Below, piece by piece: positions 9,753-19,574 of a DNA stretch of 64,000 nt. The notes below the pieces were generated by a model. That model did not search any database, had not been told where the DNA came from, and saw only the letters and a program-made list of their open reading frames with translations. The stretch lies in sequence record NC_054912.1, one strand, 5' to 3'. The stretch's first letter is position 1; every line of letters begins with the position of its first letter. A program made the translations under genes and the position numbers. The DNA comes from Escherichia phage vB_EcoM_F1.

Positions 9753-10223
9753 TTAATCATGTTTCCACACCCCATCGGTATTTGACCAAAGTCGCTGATT
9801 ATCTGATCCTCGCCACAGCTTTTTAGTCGGAAGATTTTTCTCATACTTCCCATCAATAATAACATCAACATATTTAAGCATTTCTAGTTGTTTAATATCT
9901 TCAAACTTATATCCTGTCCACAACCAAATGCTTTTATTGGGATAAAGATTTTTTACTGTTTGAACGATGCAATGAATCACGTCTCTGTTATCAGGATAAA
10001 GAGGGTCACCTCCGGTTATAGTTAATCCTTCTATATAATCATTATTCAAACATTCAATTAATTGTTCTAGTGTTTCACCAGTGAATGGAATACCATTTCT
10101 AGCATTCCATGTTGATTTATTATAACACCCTTCGCATTTATGCAAACAACCTGTAACGAAAAGAACGGTCCTGCATCCAGGGCCATTCACAAAATCGCAA
10201 GGATAAAATCTATCATAATTCAT
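9753..10223 (-). CDS. nrdG: anaerobic ribonucleotide reductase activating protein (radical SAM)
   Basis: 156 aa; CxxxCxxC-type cluster motif GCLHKCEGC. Confidence 0.9.
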   Translation of the reverse strand: MNYDRFYPCDFVNGPGCRTVLFVTGCLHKCEGCYNKSTWNARNGIPFTGETLEQLIECLNNDYIEGLTITGGDPLYPDNRDVIHCIVQTVKNLYPNKSIWLWTGYKFEDIKQLEMLKYVDVIIDGKYEKNLPTKKLWRGSDNQRLWSNTDGVWKHD

Positions 10224-11520
10224 TGGTGTTTAACCCTATGCATGATTTCTTTATTTTTACCGAGATTAAATCCGCGTTCGTTCGGATTTCCCAAATAACC
10301 ACATGTTCTTCTTATGGTATTCATCTTTTTAGGATCAGTTTCTCCACAAATAGAACAAACAAATCCGTTTTCAGTAGGAGTCATTTCATGGGTACTTCCA
10401 CATGTAAAACATTTATCTACTGGCATATTAACACCAAAATAATCTAAATGTTGTGCAGCATAATCCCACACGGCCTCAAGACCCTTTAAGTTATTTTTCA
10501 TATCAGGAAGTTCAACATAAGAAATGTGACCACCTGTCGCAATGAAATGATATGGCGCTTCACGAGAAATCTTTTCAAACGGAGTAATATTTTCTTCTAC
10601 TGAAACATGGAAACTGTTAGTGTACCAACCTTTATCAGTAACATCCTTTACACTTCCATATTTTTCTGTATCGAGTTTACAGAAGCGATAACAAAGGTTT
10701 TCAGCAGGAGTAGAATATAAACTAAAAGCAAAACCGGTTCTTTCAGTCCACTGTTTAAGATGAGCATTCATTTTAGTTAAAATTTCTCGTCCAATATCAC
10801 GACCGACAAGAATATTCAATTCGTGAATACCAATGTATCCTAGGGACACTGAACTTCTACCGTTTTTAAATAACTCAATTATGTCGTCATCAGGTTTAAG
10901 ACGAACCCCGAATGCACCTTCTTGGTAAAGAATAGGAGCAACAGTAGCTTTAACTCCTTTTAAGGAACTAATTCTACACATCAAGGCTTCAAAACATAAA
11001 TCCATTCGCTCATTGAATAATTCAGTAAATTTCTGTTCATTGAGCTGTGTTCCAATATAAGAATCTAACGCGATACGAGGAAGATTCAGTGTTACAACAC
11101 CAAGATTATTACGTCCATCAAGAATTTCATTACCAGTCGAATCTTTCCATACGCTCAAGAAACTACGGCAACCCATTGGAGAAACAGGAATAGATGAACC
11201 AGTGATAGCTTTATTGTTCTTAGCTGAAATAATATCAGGATACATTCTTTTGCTTGCACACTCTAGAGCAAGCTGCTTAATATCATAGTTCGGATCGTCT
11301 TTATAAAGATTAACACCTTCTTCAACAAACATAACAAGCTTAGGGAAAATAGGAGTTATCCCATCACGACCAAGACCTTTAATACGATTTTTCAGAATTG
11401 CTTTCTGAATCATTCGTTCAGTCCAGTCAGTTCCCGTACCAAATGTAATTGTTACAAAAGGCGTTTGCCCATTAGAGCTGAAAAGTGTATTTACTTCATC
11501 ATTATATTCAGCATGAGTCG
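10220..11520 (-). CDS. nrdD: anaerobic ribonucleotide reductase NrdD, exon 2
   Basis: Class III RNR sequence including the C-terminal glycyl-radical region (RRTCGYLG); 5' boundary is the 3' splice site, placed only to about 20 nt. Confidence 0.85.
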
Positions 11521-11727
11521 CAAATTCATGCCCGTTTATATGAAACAACAAAATTTGGATAGTCCATAGATATGCAACGTTCTTTTATAGTGCTAGGATG
11601 AAAATTTAGCGCTTTAGCTGCTTCTATATAAGACGTATACTTAATACCGTCAACAACCACATATTCAGGAACTTTATGAATAGTAGTCTTAATACTCAAA
11701 ACAAGAGGATGAGTTTCGACTTCACTT

Positions 11728-12297
11728 TCAGTGCAATTTAAATATTCCGCTGCTTTTTTTAAAACTTCTAAAAGTTTTATTTTTAAGCTTTATCGATACT
11801 TGTTTTTTACTTTTTCGACTATTGATATTATTTTGCACATGTTCCTTAGATCTTCCGTTTTTAGCATAATATTCAGCTATAGAAGATTTTATATTGTTTT
11901 TATGAGATTCGGATAACACTTTACCCTTATGAGCATCTCTTAATTTTTGAATATGTTCTTCAGTATCCGGATGCTTATAAAACTTTTTACCGCCTATGGA
12001 TTTATTTAAACATTTTTTGCTATAAAAATGTTTACGTATGACCTCTTCTTCATGTTTTAATGCATCTTTATAACTATCAAATGTTTTTAAAATTATCCAT
12101 TTAGTAGGTGTATCAGTTTTTAAGCGTTCATTTATATACTTAGATGACGTTGTGTAAGTTTTCCAGTTTGTGGGCTTGTTTTTAATTGTTCTAAATTTTT
12201 TATAACCGATATAAATGTCGCCGTTAGAAAACTTAACTAAGTATGTAAATGCGTCTTTATCTTTTATTTTAGTACAACGTCTTTTTATCCATTTCAT
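11728..12297 (-). CDS. intron-encoded GIY-YIG homing endonuclease (I-TevII-like), N-terminal catalytic part; gene appears frameshifted
   Basis: 189-aa ORF with GIY-YIG-type motif (FSNGDIYIGY); a C-terminal HTH-like segment continues in the +1 frame at 11528-11790. Confidence 0.7.
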   Translation of the reverse strand: MKWIKRRCTKIKDKDAFTYLVKFSNGDIYIGYKKFRTIKNKPTNWKTYTTSSKYINERLKTDTPTKWIILKTFDSYKDALKHEEEVIRKHFYSKKCLNKSIGGKKFYKHPDTEEHIQKLRDAHKGKVLSESHKNNIKSSIAEYYAKNGRSKEHVQNNINSRKSKKQVSIKLKNKTFRSFKKSSGIFKLH

Positions 12298-12336
12298 TGT
12301 TTCACCTCGTATTCATAAGATAATCTTATTTATACA

Positions 12337-12344
12337 AGATGACT
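12337..12344 (-). promoter_or_regulatory. late promoter (TATAAATA) inside the intron, upstream of the endonuclease ORF
   Basis: Plus tatttata = TATAAATA on minus strand, about 40 nt upstream of the ORF start. Confidence 0.55.
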
Positions 12345-12537
12345 GCTGCATGTCGCCATGCAGATTAGACTATATCTTCATCTTTCGATGCCGGCCGTTT
12401 CGAATAGCATTAGCTTCTATTCTACACCGCTACATTCATCACGGTTAGTCGTTAGGCATTTAGTTCAAAAGAACATTTAGCACGGGATTGTCTACTAGAG
12501 AGGTTCCCCGTTTAGACCGGTTTTACATGAGCCTGAA

Positions 12538-13083
12538 TTAAATTAACTCATACGCCTGGAACGCGTCATAGACATCTTTTTCTGTTTTAGATTGAGCATA
12601 ATTCAATGCATCAGCGATTTGCCATTTTTCTGCATCCTCAATATGTTTTGCATAGGTGCGTTTAACATAAGGAGAAAGTACTTTATCTACATTCGCAAAA
12701 GTCGTTCCGCCATATTGATGGGAAGCAACCTGTGCAGTAATTTGTGCCATAATTGCAGTAGCAACACCGATTGATTTAGGAGTTTCAATCTGTGCATTAC
12801 CAAGCTTAAATCCATTCTCAAGCATTCCTTTTAAATCTACTAAACAGCAATTAGTAAATGGAAGAGCAGGGGAATAATCAATATCGTGGAAATGAATAAT
12901 TCCGCTTTCATGCGCTTTCATAATAAAAGACGGGACCATATTTTTGGCAATGTGTTTAGACACAATACCAGCCATAAGGTCCCGTTGAGTTGGAAAAACA
13001 CGAGAATCTTTATTAGCATTCTCGTTTAAAAGGTCTTTATTAGTTTTATGAATCAATCCTTCAATTTCTTTTTCAATTGTCAT
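12538..13083 (-). CDS. nrdD: anaerobic ribonucleotide reductase NrdD, exon 1
   Basis: N-terminal NrdD sequence; the ORF reads through the 5' splice site, so the 3' boundary is approximate. Confidence 0.85.
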   Translation of the reverse strand: MTIEKEIEGLIHKTNKDLLNENANKDSRVFPTQRDLMAGIVSKHIAKNMVPSFIMKAHESGIIHFHDIDYSPALPFTNCCLVDLKGMLENGFKLGNAQIETPKSIGVATAIMAQITAQVASHQYGGTTFANVDKVLSPYVKRTYAKHIEDAEKWQIADALNYAQSKTEKDVYDAFQAYELI

Positions 13084-13553
13084 TTTAAACTCTTTCTAAG
13101 CTGCTTCTTAAATGAAGCTATTAACTGTGTTTTGGTGTCAGATTCATTATATTCAAATCCTCTTTGAAGCATCTCAGCCATCATTTCCTCTTTTCCTAAA
13201 CGAGAAAATTCCTTTGATTTATCTCCAACAAAGTTAGGGTGAATATTATTTTGGGTGTAATCGGATTTTAAATAAGTAAGTAAATTTTCTAACCATTCAA
13301 GATAATCAACACCTTGTCCCTTTAAGCCAGAACGATTAAATTTATGCTTCATTTGACCTTCTGCAGCATTGCAGAGATTACAAAGCAATCCACGTACCTT
13401 TCCTGCTTTTGGTCCATTTAATTCATGGTCATGGTCGAGGTGATTAGCTTGAACATCAGGATTTAGTTCTCGTTGGCAAATTAAGCATTTACCGTTTTGT
13501 GCATCATAAAATTTCTGTTTTTCTTCTTTGTATAATTTGCCAGTCAATAACAT
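13080..13553 (-). CDS. 49: endonuclease VII (Holliday-junction resolvase)
   Basis: 157 aa with Cys-rich zinc-binding N-terminus; matches T4 gp49. Confidence 0.9.
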   Translation of the reverse strand: MLLTGKLYKEEKQKFYDAQNGKCLICQRELNPDVQANHLDHDHELNGPKAGKVRGLLCNLCNAAEGQMKHKFNRSGLKGQGVDYLEWLENLLTYLKSDYTQNNIHPNFVGDKSKEFSRLGKEEMMAEMLQRGFEYNESDTKTQLIASFKKQLRKSLK

Positions 13554-13595
13554 AATAAAACCCTTACCTTAAATAGATAAGGGTATTTATTATTT

Positions 13596-13772
13596 TTAAG
13601 TATTGTAAAACATTCGATGCAATCGTTTATACTGTCGAATCATCTTTTTAGTAGGACGAGAATAGGTTCCTACGCAAGTGGTCATATGAGGGTCCGTAGA
13701 ATGTCCTTTAATAAAAAGTTTCCAAACCTTACCGCCATTTAACTTTTCAGTATAAACCAATTCGGTTTTCAT
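13596..13772 (-). CDS. small ORF (58 aa) sharing its C-terminal tail with Pin
   Basis: Not in the ORF track (below size cut-off); MKTELVYTEK...MIRQYKRLHRMFYNT; preceded by a purine-rich RBS. Confidence 0.5.
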   Translation of the reverse strand: MKTELVYTEKLNGGKVWKLFIKGHSTDPHMTTCVGTYSRPTKKMIRQYKRLHRMFYNT

Positions 13773-13807
13773 TAAAATGCCCTGTCAGAAAAAGAATTTT
13801 GAGTTTT

Positions 13808-14293
13808 TCAAGTATTATAAAACATTTGATTCAATCGCTTATATTGCCGAATCTTTTGGTCAGAAAAAGAAATTTGGGTTTCAAGCCATTCAATATATTC
13901 TGCCGCAGCTTGCATCAAATTTCCTTCATAGCCATCGTTATTTTCTTGTGCAGCTAATTTAGCTAATGCGTATGAAATACGTTCACCTTGAAAACCGGCT
14001 TTAGGTTTATGAATAGCTTGATCAACTCGTTCTACAACTTCTTCAATTTCGCCGTTTTCGACTGATTCAGTATTCCACAAACACCAATACGTAATTGGCT
14101 TATCATAGATGTTAATAATCTTTCCGTCGGAAAGTTCAATTTCAATAATTCCAGTATCAGGTTCTATATCATCTTCACATTCTTTTGCAAGTTCACGAAC
14201 TTTAAAGACAGTACCTGCACTAAGTTCCGGCCAGTAATTACATAGCCCTGTATCAGCACGATTAATTCTAAACCACTTATCTACTGTAATCAT
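13808..14293 (-). CDS. pin: Pin, inhibitor of host Lon protease
   Basis: 161 aa from the internal Met; position beside gene 49 and sequence as recalled for T4 pin. Confidence 0.7.
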   Translation of the reverse strand: MITVDKWFRINRADTGLCNYWPELSAGTVFKVRELAKECEDDIEPDTGIIEIELSDGKIINIYDKPITYWCLWNTESVENGEIEEVVERVDQAIHKPKAGFQGERISYALAKLAAQENNDGYEGNLMQAAAEYIEWLETQISFSDQKIRQYKRLNQMFYNT

Positions 14294-14415
14294 GTCCCAT
14301 CTCCATATCAATTAAGTCATTTATCGTTGGTTCATTATATACTGTTTCTTCATCAGTGTAAACCGGTTCTTCCGGCTCTGGCTCTACAGTTTCCCATCTA
14401 GCCGCCCACCAAGGT

Positions 14416-14625
14416 TTAACCCCGAAGCTTATTAAGTTCTTCATAACCAATCCAGGATTCTAATCCTGATGGCAGGTCACATTCAATTTCCCAAAGAAGT
14501 TCTTCAATTTTATGAAGACGATCTAATTCTTCAGCTGGAATAGTAACCATTGATGGAGTTATTGATACACTAATATCGTAAATCATATTTACCCCAGTTT
14601 GACCATGCAATCGCCGTATTTCCAC
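14416..14625 (-). CDS. hypothetical small protein
   Basis: 69-aa ORF. Confidence 0.45.
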   Translation of the reverse strand: MEIRRLHGQTGVNMIYDISVSITPSMVTIPAEELDRLHKIEELLWEIECDLPSGLESWIGYEELNKLRG

Positions 14626-14804
14626 TTAGAAATAGACTTTTCGCCATTAGAATAATAAACTTCGAGTTTAGCACGATTATTTTTAATTTGAATAACCTTT
14701 GCTGTCATCAAAGTTCCATACCCATAATAAACTGCAACTTCATCACCTACATATACCGCGCTTCCGCGGTAATCGTGAATATAGTCAGTTCCTTCGATCA
14801 TCAT
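14589..14804 (-). CDS. hypothetical small protein
   Basis: 71-aa ORF. Confidence 0.45.
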   Translation of the reverse strand: MMIEGTDYIHDYRGSAVYVGDEVAVYYGYGTLMTAKVIQIKNNRAKLEVYYSNGEKSISKWKYGDCMVKLG

Positions 14805-15064
14805 TTAAAATATTCTCGCAGTTGGTCAAATCCACCAATATGACTTCCATCAGGAGCAAATACCTGGGGCATTGTCAAGCCAATTTGAGTATCACGACCT
14901 AGTTTAGTCAGAATCTCAGCGATTTTCTCATCATCAAAAACACCTTTTTCCGGCATAATGTTGATAAATTCAAACGGCTGTTTCTTCACGGTCAAAAGAC
15001 GTTTTGCATTATCGCAATACACACATTTATGAATGTTGCTATCATAACCATATACTTTAAACAT
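14801..15064 (-). CDS. nrdC: phage thioredoxin/glutaredoxin
   Basis: 87 aa with CVYC active-site motif. Confidence 0.9.
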   Translation of the reverse strand: MFKVYGYDSNIHKCVYCDNAKRLLTVKKQPFEFINIMPEKGVFDDEKIAEILTKLGRDTQIGLTMPQVFAPDGSHIGGFDQLREYFK

Positions 15065-15065
15065 A

Positions 15066-15308
15066 TTATTCCTTAATTCCTAGTACTTGTTTAAAAGTCT
15101 CGTCGTAATCAAGACTTTGGCCCGTTTGTTCTTTATGTTTGTATATAATATCACTTACTTCTGATAGCATATTTTTATATGAACGAGTTAAAGCAGATTT
15201 AAGCACGCTGTATCTATCAGGAAATTTACCATGTTCATTATAATAAGCTATTGCTAATTCACGGACTGCCTTTTCAGCAGCCTCCATATATTCTTTACGC
15301 TTGGTCAT
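15066..15308 (-). CDS. hypothetical protein (nrdC.1 position)
   Basis: About 80 aa from the internal Met MTKRKEY; the listed ORF extends to 15449. Confidence 0.45.
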   Translation of the reverse strand: MTKRKEYMEAAEKAVRELAIAYYNEHGKFPDRYSVLKSALTRSYKNMLSEVSDIIYKHKEQTGQSLDYDETFKQVLGIKE

Positions 15309-15609
15309 TTTCTTCTCGGTCAAATCGGTGTTTACAATGGCGACATTTATAACGAAGATTACTAGTCTGCCAATGGACCAATTGCACCTGTTCAGTTCCA
15401 CATTCAGGGCAATTAGGAACGTTTTTAGAAGCCCTTTCACGACGTTCAACCATGACCATTACAGAATCCCAATTAATAGGAGGGCTATAATCATCACAAC
15501 CATGAATCTTTCCACGCATTTCCAAATCGTCTTCTTCACCAGCCATAATAATTTTAATTAGACTAGAATTACTTGAAGCTGCAATGTCTTCTAATAAACG
15601 CTTTTTCAT
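15295..15609 (-). CDS. zinc-ribbon small protein
   Basis: 104 aa with CPEC...CRHC. Confidence 0.5.
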   Translation of the reverse strand: MKKRLLEDIAASSNSSLIKIIMAGEEDDLEMRGKIHGCDDYSPPINWDSVMVMVERRERASKNVPNCPECGTEQVQLVHWQTSNLRYKCRHCKHRFDREENDQA

Positions 15610-16532
15610 TTCAATACCTCAATAGCATTACGTAAACCATTTGCTTTGGAGGTTAAAGCCTTAAGAACTTTAGTATGCTCTTCAATTTGTTTTTCAACTT
15701 CAGCCAAACGGGCATTGAGATATTCGCGTTCTTCTTTCATAGTATCATTCCCATGATTGGGTTTTGGTGCAGATTTAAATTCACTAGGGTCCTTTAACTT
15801 AATAACAAATTTAGTTTCAAACAGTGAAAGACCATAATTCGTATTATCATCAAAGGATTTAACTACATCCATATTAGATAATAACTCATGCAAATTATAA
15901 GACAAAGAACTAATAGTTTCATTGTGTTTATTAGCTTCGCGTGGTTTCATATACGGAAGATTTTTATATATCTCATGCGGAGCGCAAACGATAATTGACA
16001 ATTCAAATTGTCCATTCTGGGACGATGGAATGAATTTAGCCGTAACCCAGTCTTTTACATTCACATTAATAGTACGGTTATCACCATGACAAAACAGTCT
16101 ACGAGAATGCTTAAAAAGCATATTCACGTTATTATTGAATTCGTGTGAAAATTCACTAGCAAATTTTTCTTTACTATCTTTAGAAAACCATTCTTCTAAA
16201 TAAGTTCTTTTCACGTCGTTAATAATATTAAATGTAACAACACTAGCATTTGATACATTAGTCTCAATGTAGCTTGGATACATAAATTTTTTAACATTAT
16301 TAACAGCTATCACAGAAGATAGTAATCGGGAACGTTTGAACCACTCGAGCAAAGAACCAAGAGAATGTGAATACGCATTTTGTGTATCTTTACAAATATG
16401 GTTTTCCCATCCAATATAGTCTAAAAAATCACGAAGAATATTATTGATTACTGCTCTGTGTCCGATCTGATAATTACGGTGTTTAGTAATAAGACTGTCA
16501 AAATAATCAATATAATGTTTACGAGTTTTCAT
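15606..16532 (-). CDS. paralogue A of a four-gene family with C-terminal coiled coil
   Basis: 308 aa; shares (L/F)xxMDVVxS and the C-terminal heptad helix with the next three genes. Confidence 0.6.
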   Translation of the reverse strand: MKTRKHYIDYFDSLITKHRNYQIGHRAVINNILRDFLDYIGWENHICKDTQNAYSHSLGSLLEWFKRSRLLSSVIAVNNVKKFMYPSYIETNVSNASVVTFNIINDVKRTYLEEWFSKDSKEKFASEFSHEFNNNVNMLFKHSRRLFCHGDNRTINVNVKDWVTAKFIPSSQNGQFELSIIVCAPHEIYKNLPYMKPREANKHNETISSLSYNLHELLSNMDVVKSFDDNTNYGLSLFETKFVIKLKDPSEFKSAPKPNHGNDTMKEEREYLNARLAEVEKQIEEHTKVLKALTSKANGLRNAIEVLK

Positions 16533-16586
16533 GTTCTTCTCACTTGGTTAATGATTTATGCTCCGAGCCATCCTTGGCTTTAAATT

Positions 16587-17588
16587 TTACTTAATTAACT
16601 GTAAAGCTTGTTCAAGACGATCAAGGCGATTAACAGATTCTTCCCAAATCCTTTTAGCCTGCTCATATTCTTTGTGCGCTTTATTAGAAATTTCTAGAAC
16701 TTCTTTATAAGCTTTTTCTAATGCAATAACTTCTGGACGAATTTCTACCGGTTCAGGTGAATCATCAAGATTATCCATTAGTTCCTCAAGAGTAGTTTCT
16801 TCTTTAGGAGTATTCACAATTTCATCACATTTTTGTTGATAAATTTCTTTACTAGTAGGTGAATAAGTACATTTCACTTCACGAAGACTAACTACAATTT
16901 TATATCCTTCCCAACCACACAGATTTTTGAAAGGATATGTATGAATACTTTTTACAGTTTTCATACAGCCCAAAGCCGCCTCTAATTGATGAGTTGTGGT
17001 TCTAGCAATTGAGAAAAATTTATTAATATTCTTTTGGTTAGTTTCTGGTGTAAAAAATCTGTAATTAATAAAAATAGCTACTTTGTTTTTATCAAGCTCA
17101 TATTCTTCTGCTATAATCATATCATCAGCTAAGGGATGAATTTGACGATAATCGCCATAACATAATTTAGAAGCTGATTTTAGAATTTGCTTCGTAAAAC
17201 TCCTAAATTCACTAACCCAACGACGAGTAAAAATATTCTCAGGGTCTTCTTTATTATTAAGATGATAAGAATTAACATCACCGAACCAATTATATCCTAC
17301 TACATCTTTGGTTCGTTTAATTTCTTTCCCAAAATTACCAAGAATATCCCGATTAACCAAATATGAAAGAAGACGAGACTCTTTAAAAGTTTTCTTGATA
17401 ACATCTTTATCTACACGGCTAGAAATTTTACGAATTTCATGAATAAATTTAGTAGAAGAAACAATACTTGCATCAACACTATTGAGCCATTGATTGATAA
17501 TAGAAAGAACGATATTTTGACCAAACATCGGTATAGCTTTATCATCAATAACTCTATTGAATGATTTGATATATTCGTTACGAGTCAT
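16587..17588 (-). CDS. paralogue B of the four-gene family
   Basis: 333 aa from MTRNEY with a GAGGAG RBS; FRSFTKQILKSASKL motif shared with paralogue C. Confidence 0.6.
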   Translation of the reverse strand: MTRNEYIKSFNRVIDDKAIPMFGQNIVLSIINQWLNSVDASIVSSTKFIHEIRKISSRVDKDVIKKTFKESRLLSYLVNRDILGNFGKEIKRTKDVVGYNWFGDVNSYHLNNKEDPENIFTRRWVSEFRSFTKQILKSASKLCYGDYRQIHPLADDMIIAEEYELDKNKVAIFINYRFFTPETNQKNINKFFSIARTTTHQLEAALGCMKTVKSIHTYPFKNLCGWEGYKIVVSLREVKCTYSPTSKEIYQQKCDEIVNTPKEETTLEELMDNLDDSPEPVEIRPEVIALEKAYKEVLEISNKAHKEYEQAKRIWEESVNRLDRLEQALQLIK

Positions 17589-17613
17589 AATAATCTCCTC
17601 AGTAGAAAGTAAG

Positions 17614-17648
17614 AACATTATACCACATCCTTGTGGCAAAGTAAACTA
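17614..17648 (-). promoter_or_regulatory. T4-type early promoter
   Basis: Minus strand GTTTAC -35 and TGGTATAAT extended -10. Confidence 0.55.
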
Positions 17649-18671
17649 GTTCAGTGCATTTAGTGCATTGTTCAGTTTAGAACGTTGCTTTGTCAGATTT
17701 TGAACCCTTGACTGAGCTTGTTCTAACGCCTTTTCAGCTTCTAGCACTTCATTGGTCGCTTTAACGAGTTCATCATCTACTGCCTTAAGAGACTTCTCAA
17801 TCGCGTCAGCGTGCCATTTTTCTACAGGTTTAAAATTTGAATTTTCAGTAGGAAGAAAACTCACTTTATTAAGTTTACATGCATCTATATTGCTTGAGCT
17901 ATACATCCAAAATTTAGGATCGTTTGATAAGTAATTGGATAAATTTAAATTTAAGTTATCTTGTACTTCCTGCTTTTTCTCTTGCGTGACTTCGTCCTTT
18001 CTCAAAAAATCGTATTTAAATGAAACGATCATATCAAGTTCATACGTTGTTGTGTCTAACTTAAATCGTTCAAAACGAGGTAAAATCTTAGATTGAACAG
18101 CAGCAACAACATCCATATACTTAAATGCTTCTGTCAACTGTGATTTAAGGCATTCACAAATTGAAAGAGAATTTTTTGTATTAGGTTTAAAGCTAATTCG
18201 CGCAGTTCTATTATTTTCTTTTAATGGTCTTACTTCCATTTGAAGAGTATAACCATCAAATTTCAGATTCTTTAAGTTAATATCAGAACCTTTTAATCGA
18301 CTAGCAGTAGACAAAATTTGCTTTAATTGTCTACGGAACAGAGCAATAAATCTCCATTCAATACGATAATGATTTGGATTGAAAAATCCAGATGATAAAT
18401 CGACCTTACTCTGACCAACGCCTTGAACAAATAGAGGATTTTTATAATCAATAGTTTTACAGAAATCGGTGAGCTGTTCACGAGCAGTCATTTGTGTAAT
18501 ATATCCAGCTTTATCAAAATGACGTAACCATTCACTGCTATTCATATACTTAAAGTGAATATCACGATTAACTTTATCAGGGTCTAAATTATTTTGGCAC
18601 AAAAATGTCATAACATCACGAGTATAGCTGGCATTACGAACCATATCTTCAATTTGAGAACGAGTTTTCAT
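17646..18671 (-). CDS. paralogue C of the four-gene family
   Basis: 341 aa; FRRQLKQILSTASRL and MDVVAAV motifs; C-terminal coiled coil. Confidence 0.6.
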   Translation of the reverse strand: MKTRSQIEDMVRNASYTRDVMTFLCQNNLDPDKVNRDIHFKYMNSSEWLRHFDKAGYITQMTAREQLTDFCKTIDYKNPLFVQGVGQSKVDLSSGFFNPNHYRIEWRFIALFRRQLKQILSTASRLKGSDINLKNLKFDGYTLQMEVRPLKENNRTARISFKPNTKNSLSICECLKSQLTEAFKYMDVVAAVQSKILPRFERFKLDTTTYELDMIVSFKYDFLRKDEVTQEKKQEVQDNLNLNLSNYLSNDPKFWMYSSSNIDACKLNKVSFLPTENSNFKPVEKWHADAIEKSLKAVDDELVKATNEVLEAEKALEQAQSRVQNLTKQRSKLNNALNALN

Positions 18672-18679
18672 AGTGTTCC

Positions 18680-19567
18680 TTAAGATTTAAGTAAATCAAC
18701 AATTTTAATTAATTTTTCACGCTCAGATTTAGCTTTACTACTCAATCCAGATAGTCTGAAAATTTCATCGTCATACTGTTGAATAGAAATATTCAGCTCT
18801 TCAATTTGCTTATTAAAATAATCAATTTGTTCAGAATGTTTTTCGTTACTACGAACTGGTACAGGTTTTGTAGGTAATTTAGATGAACTGGATTCATCCG
18901 GGCGATAAATTAAAATACAACTTGAACCAATAGGGCATTTTGCACCAGATGAATATTCTAATGTTCCGGCTTCTTTTAAAACTTCAAAAGCTAAACAGAG
19001 ATGATGCCCCATATTAACATAATCAGTAGAGCGAGCTCTGATATAATAATCATCGCCGCGAATACTAAATTTAAAGCATTTAAGGTCTTCTGTATTATTG
19101 GTCTTAAAAATCATTTGTTTATCTAGACCTTTAGCTAATCGAGCGCCTAATGCTAATAATCGTCGTTGATTTTCCCACAAATCCGCAATCATTTGATCAA
19201 ATGATAATTTCGGCATTAGTCGACCATAAAGGTCGTATCCTTTATTATAATTGCGAAGGATTTCACTCGCATTAATACGAGACAATGCTCCAATTTTATT
19301 AAGGGCTTTCATGATGCGATTAGATAAACCCATTCCAGACCCATTTGTTCGTTGTAAATGTTTATCTAATCCAAACCCAATATCAACTTTAAATTTATCT
19401 AAAATTTCAGCATGAACATCTCTGTCAATAACATTCAAATCCAAAGTTGGGTTAAATCTATGAAAAAATTTATCTGGCTCTCCACGACGAAGTACAGTCC
19501 ATTCATTCAATTTTTTATTAACTAAAGATTTAATTACTGCATTGACATTATTAATTACGACTGACAT
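18680..19567 (-). CDS. paralogue D of the four-gene family
   Basis: About 295 aa from MSVV with a GAGGAA RBS; the listed ORF extends to 19588. Confidence 0.55.
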   Translation of the reverse strand: MSVVINNVNAVIKSLVNKKLNEWTVLRRGEPDKFFHRFNPTLDLNVIDRDVHAEILDKFKVDIGFGLDKHLQRTNGSGMGLSNRIMKALNKIGALSRINASEILRNYNKGYDLYGRLMPKLSFDQMIADLWENQRRLLALGARLAKGLDKQMIFKTNNTEDLKCFKFSIRGDDYYIRARSTDYVNMGHHLCLAFEVLKEAGTLEYSSGAKCPIGSSCILIYRPDESSSSKLPTKPVPVRSNEKHSEQIDYFNKQIEELNISIQQYDDEIFRLSGLSSKAKSEREKLIKIVDLLKS

Positions 19568-19574
19568 ATTTTCC

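Larger units (their letters stand above)
11520..12540 (-). mobile_element. group I intron in nrdD with intron-encoded endonuclease
   Basis: NrdD coding sequence is interrupted by about 1 kb containing a GIY-YIG ORF; boundaries approximate. Confidence 0.75.

Noticed and set aside
9647-9871. 74-aa ORF overlapping the start of nrdG
   Set aside because: Overlaps nrdG by about 120 nt in another frame; only a roughly 30-aa remnant would remain with an internal start.
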